From Macrostomum hystrix (lineage: Eukaryota > Animalia > Platyhelminthes): a stretch of DNA of 64,000 bases. The position numbers and the translations under genes are program-made. Below, in pieces: positions 19,034-28,249 of this stretch (positions within the stretch are counted from its first letter, which is position 1; each line of letters begins with the position of its first letter). Where the stretch lies: contig CATNEN010000031.1 in assembly GCA_950097015.1 (NCBI GenBank), positions 1,302,001-1,366,000 of the forward strand. The letters are read 5' to 3'. The notes under the pieces are model-generated. The model did no database searches. It saw only the letters and a list, made by a program, of their open reading frames with translations, and was not told the origin of the DNA.

Positions 19034-19873
19034 TTAAATTACAGTTCTTTTTTCTTTGTTGATCATCACAAACTGGTAAGGTTGATTCCACTTTTCATAG
19101 CAAAGATTAACGAATTCCTCCTGTGAAATCTTTCTGTTGGAGTTTTTTGTTGGATTTACAAAATTGGCAGGCGCAATGACCTCATTGTAAAGTCTTTTTA
19201 GCCTGTCCTGTGGAATTGTTGGAAACAGGAGGATCAGATTGCAGTTCCCACGAATTGTTTTGTTCGGGAGCTCGAACCAGTTCTGGGCAATGTAAATCAC
19301 GTTACAATTGTTGTGCCGTCCTCTTGTAAAATAGTTTTCTATCTGCTTCTGTGGGCCTGTCATGCAATCATCAAAGACAATCAAATGTTTTCTCCCCTTT
19401 TCTAGCTCATCTGGTTGGGGTAGAAGTTTGGTCTTAGGATCAACCTGCGGATCTCCGTATGTGAACACTTTAATGTTCTGCCATTTTTCATTGTCTTTGA
19501 TGTACTTTGCATATTCGGCAGCTACAATTTCTGGGTTACTGGGAAGGCTCTTTTGGTTATTAAAACATTGAATAATGTGCTCTTTGTGCAGTCTGTTTTG
19601 CAGTCCAGAGATCAACATTTTATACTCATCTTGATACAGGGTGGGAGAGTAGATGTGCAGAGTGTCATAGTCGATAAAGCCAGGTCTAAGAAGCATGTTA
19701 AAGACTCTGAATGTTTTGCCTGAACCTGATGAACCAACAACAATGCATCTGAAGTGACCCGGGATTGACTCATGATGAGAAAACTTAATCTGATTACGTG
19801 TCCAGTGAGGATTGAAGTCGTTTGAAAAGTCCATTTTTCTATGATGAAAAAAAATTAAAAAAGAGTAAATCAT
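19034..19873 (-). CDS. A32/FtsK-HerA family genome-packaging ATPase
   Basis: Walker A VVGSSGSGKT, Walker B LIVFDD, arginine-finger/sensor FTRGRHNNCNVIYIAQ. Start at 19873 or 19834. Confidence 0.95.
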   Translation of the reverse strand: MIYSFLIFFHHRKMDFSNDFNPHWTRNQIKFSHHESIPGHFRCIVVGSSGSGKTFRVFNMLLRPGFIDYDTLHIYSPTLYQDEYKMLISGLQNRLHKEHIIQCFNNQKSLPSNPEIVAAEYAKYIKDNEKWQNIKVFTYGDPQVDPKTKLLPQPDELEKGRKHLIVFDDCMTGPQKQIENYFTRGRHNNCNVIYIAQNWFELPNKTIRGNCNLILLFPTIPQDRLKRLYNEVIAPANFVNPTKNSNRKISQEEFVNLCYEKWNQPYQFVMINKEKRTVI

Positions 19874-19880
19874 TTATAAG

Positions 19881-19976
19881 ATGTGTCTAGGACTTAGATG
19901 TGTCTAGGACTTAGATGTGTCTATTTGGGACTTAGATGTGTCTTTTTGGGACTTAGATGTGTCTATTTGGGACTAG
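19881..19976. repeat. Short tandem repeat (ATGTGTCTA[G/TTTG]GGACTTAG-like, 17-21 bp, 5 units) just upstream of the ATPase
   Basis: Seen directly; intergenic within the Polinton. Confidence 0.85.
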
Positions 19977-20017
19977 TCTTGTACCCTTACATGTCTTGTA
20001 CCCTCGAAAAGCACCCT

Positions 20018-20428
20018 TTAGTCAAATTTGAAACCACTTCCTTTTTTAATGCTAGCTATGCTAGCTCTCATCTTCTCGTAGATTGCAGGGTCCACACTGT
20101 CTGGATTCGGGGCCAGCGGAGCCAGCGGAGCCAGCGGAGCCAGCGGAGCCAATGGTGGCTGAATATCTTGTGTTACAGTATCCTTTATCTTTTTAGCCGC
20201 AGTGACAACGCTTCCCACAGATTCAGCCACGTTCTTAATATTATCTTTGTTCTCACTAATGACTTTAAAGACCCGAGCACCCTGTGCAATTATATCAGCA
20301 AGACCATTCCCGGAGCGTTCTTTCCTCGGATAGTGGCCTGCCGGGAAAAGTCCGGATCCACGCTTAATTAGATTAAGTTCCTCCTTGTCATAGTATTTGT
20401 CCACGTCTTTTTCGAAAATAATCGGCAT
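20018..20428 (-). CDS. Small putative virion core/cement protein with GxG motifs and an amphipathic helix
   Basis: 136 aa; KRGSGL, RSGNGLADIIAQGARVFKVI, KKGSGF; (LAP)5 repeat. Confidence 0.7.
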   Translation of the reverse strand: MPIIFEKDVDKYYDKEELNLIKRGSGLFPAGHYPRKERSGNGLADIIAQGARVFKVISENKDNIKNVAESVGSVVTAAKKIKDTVTQDIQPPLAPLAPLAPLAPLAPNPDSVDPAIYEKMRASIASIKKGSGFKFD

Positions 20429-20445
20429 TTTTATTAGGGAAGAAA

Positions 20446-21609
20446 TTATTTTTTGTTAAAACGTGAAAGCAGAAGCTCTCTTGCCCGTTTGTCGATATAC
20501 TTCTTTTCCATCATTTTGTCCAGGATGTTGACAAATTCTTTTCTATTTTCGTCTTTCATGCCAGTCTTTGCAGCTCCAAGAAGAACAGCCACTCGCTTAT
20601 AGATGTCAGAAATTCCTTTTCCTTGAAATGATTGGTCAGTGGAGGACTGGTCGGTGGAGGACTGGGGTGAACTCTCAACTGCTCTTTGTTGTGGTGTGAA
20701 CACTCTTGCTTTGATTTTATTCATTTGAGCTGGGGAGAAATTTTCTAGTTGTTGCCAGGCATCTGGGTGATCATTTTTATATTTAGCTACTTGAGTCGGA
20801 TCTGCATTTTCAAGGGCACTGAGTACGTCTTCGGGTTTGATTGTTTGTTGCTGCTGTGGCGGTTGCTGCTGGGGCGGTTGCTGCTGGGGCGGTTGCTGCT
20901 GTGGCGGTTGCTGTTCTAGATATTTTATGGCATCTTCTTGATCTGGCAAACCAAACCATTGTTTAAAATGCTTGTACTTTTTGAATCTGGTCAGGATGAC
21001 ACCGTTGTCATGCATCATTTTCAGAACTTGTGGGAGCTTTAGTATTTCTATATCTCTAGCAAGAGCAAAACTCACTAGATCTCTATAGTTCTTTAGCTGC
21101 TTGTCCGAAATTTTCTCTTGGTTCTTAGTCATAAAATTCAGTAAGGTTTCTGTGTAAATTATTCTCTTAGTTTCTGGGCCTTTGACAACAGAAATATGGT
21201 TCTTGTTTATGTCGATATAATATTCCACTGGTTCATTATAAATGTTTTTTCTCCACATACTTATTCCGAATACATATTTCCCATCATGTTCTACACGTTC
21301 TACTGGTCCAAAAATGTTATCCGTTACTTTTAGTGATTGATGCGATTCTGCAGATTGATGTATCTGCGGTGCTTCTGGAATTTTGTCCAAAGCCTTTTGC
21401 ACCTGGGTTTCCTGTATGTCGTCAATAGTTTCTTTGACTTGATCAATATTTTTCTTAGCTTCTCCATACCCGGGTTTATGAAACTCTGTGGCTGCTTGGA
21501 CAAACTCATTGTAGGATTGTTGCTCCTTATTGATTAGCCCGGTAACTCTCTTTTCTGCTTGTGCTAGCTTCTCCAATTCAGATATTTGGTGCGCATTTTT
21601 TCGCTTCAT
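20446..21609 (-). CDS. Conserved Polinton hypothetical protein (helical C-terminal domain, QQQPP repeats)
   Basis: 387-aa ATG ORF. C-terminal GKGISDIYKRVAVLLGAAKTG...EFVNILDKM resembles a recurrent Polinton protein (pattern recall). Confidence 0.65.
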   Translation of the reverse strand: MKRKNAHQISELEKLAQAEKRVTGLINKEQQSYNEFVQAATEFHKPGYGEAKKNIDQVKETIDDIQETQVQKALDKIPEAPQIHQSAESHQSLKVTDNIFGPVERVEHDGKYVFGISMWRKNIYNEPVEYYIDINKNHISVVKGPETKRIIYTETLLNFMTKNQEKISDKQLKNYRDLVSFALARDIEILKLPQVLKMMHDNGVILTRFKKYKHFKQWFGLPDQEDAIKYLEQQPPQQQPPQQQPPQQQPPQQQQTIKPEDVLSALENADPTQVAKYKNDHPDAWQQLENFSPAQMNKIKARVFTPQQRAVESSPQSSTDQSSTDQSFQGKGISDIYKRVAVLLGAAKTGMKDENRKEFVNILDKMMEKKYIDKRARELLLSRFNKK

Positions 21610-21639
21610 TTCTTATTTTATTTTTTTTTAGTTTAAAAA

Positions 21640-22926
21640 ATGAACGACCCACTGACACCAGTTTTCTACAAAATTAACAAGCCTATTTTGAGTGATGATA
21701 GCACAATCAAAGCGACTCAAGTAAGAGTTCCCAGTCAGGAAAATCAGAATGAAACTAATCTTGGTCCTGGTCAAACACTGACATTCACCTACAATGGATG
21801 TTCGTCTCTGGTTAGTGTGCACAGTCTTAAGAGCGGCTTCCATATGACATTTCAATTCAAGACAAAGGGAGGTGCGGATGCAGCTCATGCTAACGTTGAC
21901 AAGCATGATGCAGATGTGGCTCTGATCAGTAACTTTTGGGCGTACATGTTCAAGGAGTTTAGTGTATCGAATGGGAGCACAGAGTTGGAGCGAATCGCCA
22001 ACTTTGGAGTTGTCTATGACGCTCATTGTTTGATCGAGAATCCAGATTTTATTCAGTTGGGGAGTGGTGCAGGTTTCGTTGCAGATGAAAAAGAAGGAGA
22101 TATCAATGACAGTGGCTATAAAAAGAGGAAGAAGAGATACAACTATGCATTGCAAGGTGCTGATGATGCTGCTAAGAACCCGCTGTATCGGTCTGTTGAT
22201 GTATTCATACCACTGAGATTCATGAGTGGATTCTGCAATACATTTAATCGACTGACTAGTAACTTCAGCTACACCTTTAAGATGACTAGAGATGATCGCA
22301 GTAGAGTGTTGTGGACTGGGGCGGACCACACTAGGATGGAGGTGAAGCTAACCGGAATCGAGTTGTATTTGGAAGTCATTGAGCCAAAGACCGCACTAAA
22401 AGCAGATTATCTCAAGGCAATAGAGAAGGACATTGATGTCGCCTACACGGCCTACATGTGTCGAGATGAGCGAAACGAAACCAGAACAAACATCTGCATT
22501 AAAGAGGGATCATGCAGCAATCCTAGGTATATTATTATTAACATGAGAAACCCAAATAACATTATACGCTACATGCATGGAGATGTGCGGTCCATTCAGC
22601 ATGAAATCAGTGATAATCTTTACCCCGCACTGCCACAAAATGGAAATTTCAGTCAGAACAAGATTAGCAAATTTTACAGCGAGTTGGTCGACTTGGCTGT
22701 GAAAGAGAACAATGGAATTGCTATCACTGCTCTTCAATATGGAACTCTTTATCCGATGTTTGGCGCTGATGTGTCTGCCAGACAAATGCCTACTGACAAC
22801 AGCCCTGTGAATATCGTGACTAACATTGAGAGGACTGCCGCAACTGCTGTTGACCTGTACATTATCTATGCGTTCGAGAGGAAGGTGAAGCTTAACATGA
22901 TCAACAATTCATCCAGTAAAGTTTAA
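21640..22926 (+). CDS. Major capsid protein (double jelly-roll, PY/hexon-like)
   Basis: 428 aa, beta-rich; motifs SDDSTI, FKEFSVSNGSTELERI..G, VFIPLRFMSGF; adjacent to penton. Confidence 0.85.
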   Translation: MNDPLTPVFYKINKPILSDDSTIKATQVRVPSQENQNETNLGPGQTLTFTYNGCSSLVSVHSLKSGFHMTFQFKTKGGADAAHANVDKHDADVALISNFWAYMFKEFSVSNGSTELERIANFGVVYDAHCLIENPDFIQLGSGAGFVADEKEGDINDSGYKKRKKRYNYALQGADDAAKNPLYRSVDVFIPLRFMSGFCNTFNRLTSNFSYTFKMTRDDRSRVLWTGADHTRMEVKLTGIELYLEVIEPKTALKADYLKAIEKDIDVAYTAYMCRDERNETRTNICIKEGSCSNPRYIIINMRNPNNIIRYMHGDVRSIQHEISDNLYPALPQNGNFSQNKISKFYSELVDLAVKENNGIAITALQYGTLYPMFGADVSARQMPTDNSPVNIVTNIERTAATAVDLYIIYAFERKVKLNMINNSSSKV

Positions 22927-22950
22927 ATATTTTTTTTTCGGGGCTGAAAA

Positions 22951-23763
22951 ATGGAAGCGATTGCTGAAAGACTAAATAATATTATTTCTCACTCTAAGGA
23001 GAGCATTCCTATTACAATAGCTGGGCGAATTAATGACCCAAACGGGATATTTGTTGAAAAATTACAGCAGGCGATTCGCCTGGATCCAAGTGCTAATTAC
23101 CATGTATATCTTAACGACTTCACTGGTTGGTCAAACGTTCCCAATGTGACAGCAGCAAATAATAAGTTTCATTACAAATGGAAAGGTGTAGCAGCAGCAG
23201 AAACTGTGGTATTCCCTGTGAGCACGCAAAGTGTGGATACCTACAATTACTTTCTAGAAAGTGTTTTTACTAAAAGAGGCCATTTTGAGACACCCAATGC
23301 GAGTAAGCCAGAGCAGAAACTGTTCCCTGTCAAACTATCCTATGATCTCACTGTAATGAGAGTGGTCATGCAAGTTCACAAAGATGCTGAGGTTGAATTT
23401 AAAGATGACACATGGTATAGGGAATTGGGATTCGAGAAGAAAGTTTATAAGGGGACCCTGCTAAGCGGTCTGTTCTTAGCACCTAATATCGCAGACATTG
23501 TAAAGGGTTTGAATATTCTAATCAGAAGTAATCTCAGTCTTGATTGGGTGTTTAAGGGAAAGCGAACGAATATTTTGTACAACATCTCAAACTCTGTTGC
23601 TGGAGGACAGATGCTGGTAGAGAAACCAAATCCAGTGAAAAGAGTTGTGCTAAGTAATAAGGAGATTCACGAGATTGTGCTGCAGTTTGAGACGGAAGAT
23701 GGTGTTGGCGTTGATTTCAACGGTGAAGAGTTTGTATTGACGTTGATCATTGAGAGAATGTAA
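22951..23763 (+). CDS. Minor capsid protein (single jelly-roll penton)
   Basis: 270 aa directly after MCP; beta-rich; C-terminal IHEIVLQFETEDGVGVDFNGEEFVLTLII typical of Polinton pentons. Confidence 0.82.
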   Translation: MEAIAERLNNIISHSKESIPITIAGRINDPNGIFVEKLQQAIRLDPSANYHVYLNDFTGWSNVPNVTAANNKFHYKWKGVAAAETVVFPVSTQSVDTYNYFLESVFTKRGHFETPNASKPEQKLFPVKLSYDLTVMRVVMQVHKDAEVEFKDDTWYRELGFEKKVYKGTLLSGLFLAPNIADIVKGLNILIRSNLSLDWVFKGKRTNILYNISNSVAGGQMLVEKPNPVKRVVLSNKEIHEIVLQFETEDGVGVDFNGEEFVLTLIIERM

Positions 23764-24460
23764 GCTGCTTAATGATTTCTGCAAAGTTATAGTAGCTGTC
23801 GTAGTCCTTTATAATTGCTCCATACTTATGAAACCAGTGACTCTTAACTGCTAGATTAATATTAGGGACATTGATATCGACGTTGGGACAATATTTCTTC
23901 ATGTACTCGCTGCATTCTTGTTTGCATCGGTACTTACTCTTGTAATTAGGCTCATGACTTTTGTAATAAGATCCTGGAGAGACGATTGGGAGCATTTTTA
24001 ATGAGAATATAATTTTTTTTTCGGAGGATGAGCACCCTAGGTTTGGGGTCTTGAGTTTTGGGAATGGGATTTTAGTGCTAATTTGATTGTCTTGGCACGC
24101 TTTTTGCAGCTTCGCTATTTTGTGCATGATCTCTTAGGGAGTGGCTGCGATAATTTTTTTTGTCCAAGATGTGCAACTCACAAACTGGAAAGTATTTTTT
24201 TTTGGCGGGGGAACCTTGTTCCTTCAGGAAAGGTAATGGTTTGTGCATTAAGGAGGCTGCGATAATTTTTGTCCTAGATATTCAACTTACAAACTGATGT
24301 GGGATATTAAAAGTAGAGAATTTAGAATATGGAGACGGAGTTTTTAGAGGGGCGGGGACCCTTTTTTTCCTGATCTCTTCGGGAATAATAAAAGTAATGG
24401 TTTGTGGATAATGGAGGCTGCGATTATTTTTGTCCTAGAAGCCCCCTCTTGCATACTACT
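23600..24460 (-). repeat. Polinton right terminal inverted repeat (861 bp)
   Basis: Reverse complement of 9073-9933; includes the last 164 nt of the penton CDS. Confidence 0.95.
23747..23995 (-). CDS. TIR-encoded orphan ORF, right copy
   Basis: Identical translation to the left copy; overlaps the penton 3' end convergently by 17 nt. Confidence 0.45.
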   Translation of the reverse strand: MLPIVSPGSYYKSHEPNYKSKYRCKQECSEYMKKYCPNVDINVPNINLAVKSHWFHKYGAIIKDYDSYYNFAEIIKQLTFSQ

Positions 24461-24628
24461 TAGCTGCGATCCCAAATCCCAACCACCAGTGCTTTGTGGA
24501 ACTCGTGTATTTCCTCGTCTCTCTATCCAGTTCTATATTTCTCTGTCTCTCCTCTATTTGCCTCTATCCTACCCTGCCTCCCCTCTATCTCAATGTGTGT
24601 AAGCCTGTACCTTTGCGCAAACCTGCAG

Positions 24629-24911
24629 GCAGCTGCAGTTGCTACTGGCCGGCGCTGCTGCCTGTCGGCCAGGCGGTAGCCTGGTCTACTCCACCTGCAC
24701 CCTGTCCTCGGCGCAGAACGAAGCTGTCGTACTGGCTGCTCTGGCTAAACTTGGTCCCGCCTTCAAGCTGGTTGACCTTCGACCTTTGGCTGGCCTGCTT
24801 TCTGGTGACGGCTGTCGGGTCCAACTGCGCACGATTGGCCTGCTTGTGCTGCCCTACCTGCTGGCTAATTATGGCCCAACTTACATCTGCAAATTGCGCC
24901 GTGTGGTTTGA
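24629..24911 (+). CDS. NSUN4: NSUN4 last coding exon (motif VI, catalytic TC)
   Basis: QLQLLLAGAAACRPGGSLVYSTCTLS...GPTYICKLRR. Acceptor CTGCAG| at 24628; phase 2 matches exon 3 (AA+G = Lys). Confidence 0.9.
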
Positions 24912-25459
24912 CATTAGCATTTTTATTAAGTCTTCTTTATAACTACATTTCTGTTTGTCTTGCTTTTATGAAAAAGTCCGTTACTTAAGATTTTTTGTTC
25001 GTTACTTTGCGGCTCGTGATTTCGTTACTTATTAAATCAAGCCGTAGACCCTAAATTCCGTTAACGTTATTTGAATAATATACTTATTTGTTACTTTAAA
25101 GCAATAAACAAGGAGTTACTTAAATTACCGTACTTTTTGTTGAATGCTGTTTTCGTTAGTTCTTTTTCACTTACGTGAAACTGTAAACTGCTGCGTTTAC
25201 CTGTCGCATGTAATTAAATTGATCAACTAAACTATTTAATCGCCAATCAAATTAAAATTTTCGCTTCTCTAGCTTCTGTTCACTCTGTTTTCCGGCATAT
25301 TTAAAGTAAAATGTTGAATATTAACGTATTTTTTAACTCACTTTCAATGCCGTCATAACAGTCATAACCTGGTTCTAGGGTTTCAGCAGTCATAACCTGG
25401 TTCTAGGGTTTCAGCAGTCATAGCTTTGATTCTATGGTTGTGTTACTTCACTCTTTCAG

Positions 25460-26842
25460 TGTGATCTCGCGCCGCCTTCGTTGTCTGACGCCGTCGGTTC
25501 GCCCCTCGCCGGACTCTTGGAACGGTTGGACCACCTGCTTGGCAAGCTTTGGTGGTCCGTAGACTTCTCCTGGACTGAGGCGTTTCTACTGCGTCCCTGG
25601 CGCGATCGCGTCTCCCCCGAAGCCACCGCTGACATTATTGACTGGCTGGACAGTTGTCTAACTCAAGTCGCTAATGAATCGAATTCTTGGCCGCAGCAGA
25701 TTCAGTCTGCAGCCGCAATCTCGGCCGAGTCACTTTGCCTAGCTGAATTGCTGACTTGCCTGGCCGAGATCAACACCCAGACGATGGTCTTTGATGCTTC
25801 GCCAACATCCGGCTCGGCTTCTTGGCGCCGGCTTCGGCCGAAGAAGCGTCACGAAGCGGATCGCCTGGTTGCCTACATTAGCTCCTCGCTGCCGCGCGAC
25901 AAGCTCAACAATGGCCTCCTGCTGTTGGACATTGGCGCCGGTGTTGGCAGATTCGGTCGCCTCGTCACTGACCAGTTCCATGGCGCCCGCACTCTGCTAG
26001 TCGATCGGGATGCTCGCCTGTTGGAGTCGGCCCAGCAACAGTCGCAGTCCGATACCACGCTGTGCATTGACTTTGACTCCAGCCGGGAATCTCAGTCAGC
26101 TGTTGAAGCCGCATTGAATAACATGGATCCCAGTCGGGATAGATCGGTCCTGGCGCTTGGCCAGCACGCCTGCGGCTCGCTTTCTAGGAATCTGGTGGGC
26201 CTGTTCGCGGCCAGCAGCCAACTAGATCGCCTCGTCTGCCTGCCCTGCTGCTATCACAAGGCGCGGGATCACGTGACACCCGCCAGTGACGCAATCGCTC
26301 GCCTGACCAATCTGGCTCGGCTATTTGCCAGTCTGCCAGGCCGCCGATTGGCCTGCCAGGAACGGCTGGAGACCCTACTTCGACCAGCTTCTGTCCTGGC
26401 CTCGCGCATTCGTTCAACAATGCATCGAGCCGCATTTGAACTGTGCTGCCGCGGCGCCGCCTCGATCGACTCGCTCGACGATGGCGTCCGCCGCCGGCTG
26501 GCCGTCTGTTCGCCTCGTTTGCCTGGCTGCGAAAATTTTGAAGCCTACGTAGCGGCTCTTGGCGCCGTATTTATTAAAGATAACGAAGACTCCGAGATGG
26601 ATTGGATAAAGATTCGGCATTGCCTATTATCGATATGGGAGGCTGAGAGTCTAAGCGGTGATATCAAACTGGCTGAGTTGGTTTACAAATTGCAGACTCT
26701 GCTTCGGCCGGTGCTGGAGTTTGTTCTGCTGGTTGACCTTCAATTGTACCTTGAGCAGAGAGGCCTGAATGCTAAACTGTTGCGCCTATTTTCGCCGGAA
26801 CTTTCGCCCAGGTGTTTGGCTATTGTGGCTGAGAGGTCATGA
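25460..26842 (+). CDS. METTL25B: METTL25B/RRNAD1-like SAM methyltransferase (no in-frame ATG at the 5' end)
   Basis: KKRHEA, LLDIGAGVG (motif I), LGQHACGSLS, LPCCYHK, LLRLFSPELSPRCLAIVA match RRNAD1-family motifs. Frame opens at acceptor TTTCAG| 25459. Confidence 0.82.
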   Translation, partial: CDLAPPSLSDAVGSPLAGLLERLDHLLGKLWWSVDFSWTEAFLLRPWRDRVSPEATADIIDWLDSCLTQVANESNSWPQQIQSAAAISAESLCLAELLTCLAEINTQTMVFDASPTSGSASWRRLRPKKRHEADRLVAYISSSLPRDKLNNGLLLLDIGAGVGRFGRLVTDQFHGARTLLVDRDARLLESAQQQSQSDTTLCIDFDSSRESQSAVEAALNNMDPSRDRSVLALGQHACGSLSRNLVGLFAASSQLDRLVCLPCCYHKARDHVTPASDAIARLTNLARLFASLPGRRLACQERLETLLRPASVLASRIRSTMHRAAFELCCRGAASIDSLDDGVRRRLAVCSPRLPGCENFEAYVAALGAVFIKDNEDSEMDWIKIRHCLLSIWEAESLSGDIKLAELVYKLQTLLRPVLEFVLLVDLQLYLEQRGLNAKLLRLFSPELSPRCLAIVAERS

Positions 26843-27207
26843 AATTGACATTTACTACTTACTCGTAGCAGAAACAAATAGTAGTATGTCGATGTATTAT
26901 GAAGTGTCAATCACGCAGGTAGAAAAAATTCGGTGCCTAAGAGTGCGATTTCCAAATTTTATTCAGTCAATACAATAAAGTAGATTGTAACTTCAGGTGC
27001 CCTAGGTAAACAATCTCATCTGGCTCTGCCATATATTAGTGCAGTTCCGCTATCGCAACGTCCTGCTGAGTTCACTGCGTTGCTGTTTCTGTTTACTTTT
27101 GTCATGATATTCTTTAATAAAAATGTAAAGTGCAAATCCAGATTTTTGTCAGTCGGATGAAATGAAATAAGCGTGTTTTGTATCTCTGCCTGTGTCTAGC
27201 TATCTGT

Positions 27208-27655
27208 GATCCTTCAGGTTTAGTCCCCGAATCCTTCAGGCTTGATCCCAGATCATTCAGGCATTATACTCTGATCCTTCAGGCTTCAGGCCTGATTCCC
27301 AGATCCTTCATGCCTTATCACCAAATCCTTCAGGCTTTATCACCGAATCCTTCAGGCTTAATCCTTCAGGCTTTATCTCCGAAACCTTCAGGCTTTATCC
27401 CCGTATCCTTCAGGCTTTATCCCCGTATCCTTCAGGCTTTATCACGGATTCCTTCAGGCTTTATCACGGATTCCTTCAGGCTTTATTCCCGAATCCTTCA
27501 GGCTTTATCTCCGAATCCTTCAGGCTTTATCACCGATTCCTTCAGGCTTTATCCCGAATCCTTCAGGCTTTATCACCGAATCCTTCAGGCTTTATCCCCG
27601 TATCCTTCAGGCTTTATCACCGAATCCTTCAGTCTAAATCCCTAAATCCTTCAAT
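27208..27655. repeat. Degenerate 21-24-bp minisatellite (ATCCTTCAGGCTTTATC...)n
   Basis: Direct tandem units sharing the core ATCCTTCAGG with the 8064-8711 array. Confidence 0.9.
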
Positions 27656-27811
27656 AAATCTAAGGATTTAGGCTATCATGTTTTTCCAAAATGCTTTAGT
27701 CCTATTTACCCAGATTATTTAGGCTTTTTACTCATATTCTTCAGGTGCTTACCCTGAGAATCAACCCTATTTCCTCTTCAGTTGGTCTCAGAACTGTTTG
27801 TCAACTGAGGC

Positions 27812-28129
27812 ATGGCCGAATCGTCGCCGTACATCCCCCCCGCCGCCTGGTACGAGCTGCTGTCGGACCGAGCTCTGCTGCTTGGCGCCGTCTTTCAGCT
27901 GGCCTGCCTCATGGCTCTGTTCTGCCTGCCGGCCGTGTCAGCTGGCCAGCCGGTTGGCGAAACAGACAGCGACCAAAATGCGGATGACGATGAAGTTGAA
28001 GCGACTTCTAATGACGAGCCGCAGCCGGGTTCGTCGATGTACGACAGGCCAGTGGCTGGCGGGTACAGTTCGGCGAACAACAACCGCAGGCAGCACCAAA
28101 CTGCCGCCCAGCGGAAGAAGAGGCGCTAG
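27812..28129 (+). CDS. MANBAL: MANBAL/UPF0239-like single-pass membrane protein
   Basis: ELLSDRALLLGAVFQLACLMALF matches the MANBAL TM motif (LFLGAIFQLIC); basic C-terminus RKKRR. Confidence 0.75.
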   Translation: MAESSPYIPPAAWYELLSDRALLLGAVFQLACLMALFCLPAVSAGQPVGETDSDQNADDDEVEATSNDEPQPGSSMYDRPVAGGYSSANNNRRQHQTAAQRKKRR

Positions 28130-28249
28130 ATTAGCGGTGGGACTGGACTGCAGATTATCAACTGGCTGTGCGTGGGCACCATTGATAATCTTGTCTAGTC
28201 TAGTCGGATTATTGACAATCGTCTGAGGTTATTGAAAAACGAAGGATAC

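Larger units (their letters stand above)
9073..24460. mobile_element. Full-length Polinton/Maverick (adintovirus-like endogenous dsDNA virus), 15,388 bp
   Basis: 5'-AGTAGT...ACTACT-3' termini, 861-bp TIRs, perfect 6-bp TSD TAGCTG (9067-9072 and 24461-24466), and INT + pPolB + PRO + ATPase + MCP + mCP gene set. Confidence 0.97.

Noticed and set aside
9073-24460. Exogenous adenovirus or assembly contaminant
   Set aside because: It carries a retroviral-type integrase and is flanked by a perfect 6-bp TSD inside a reconstructable host intron
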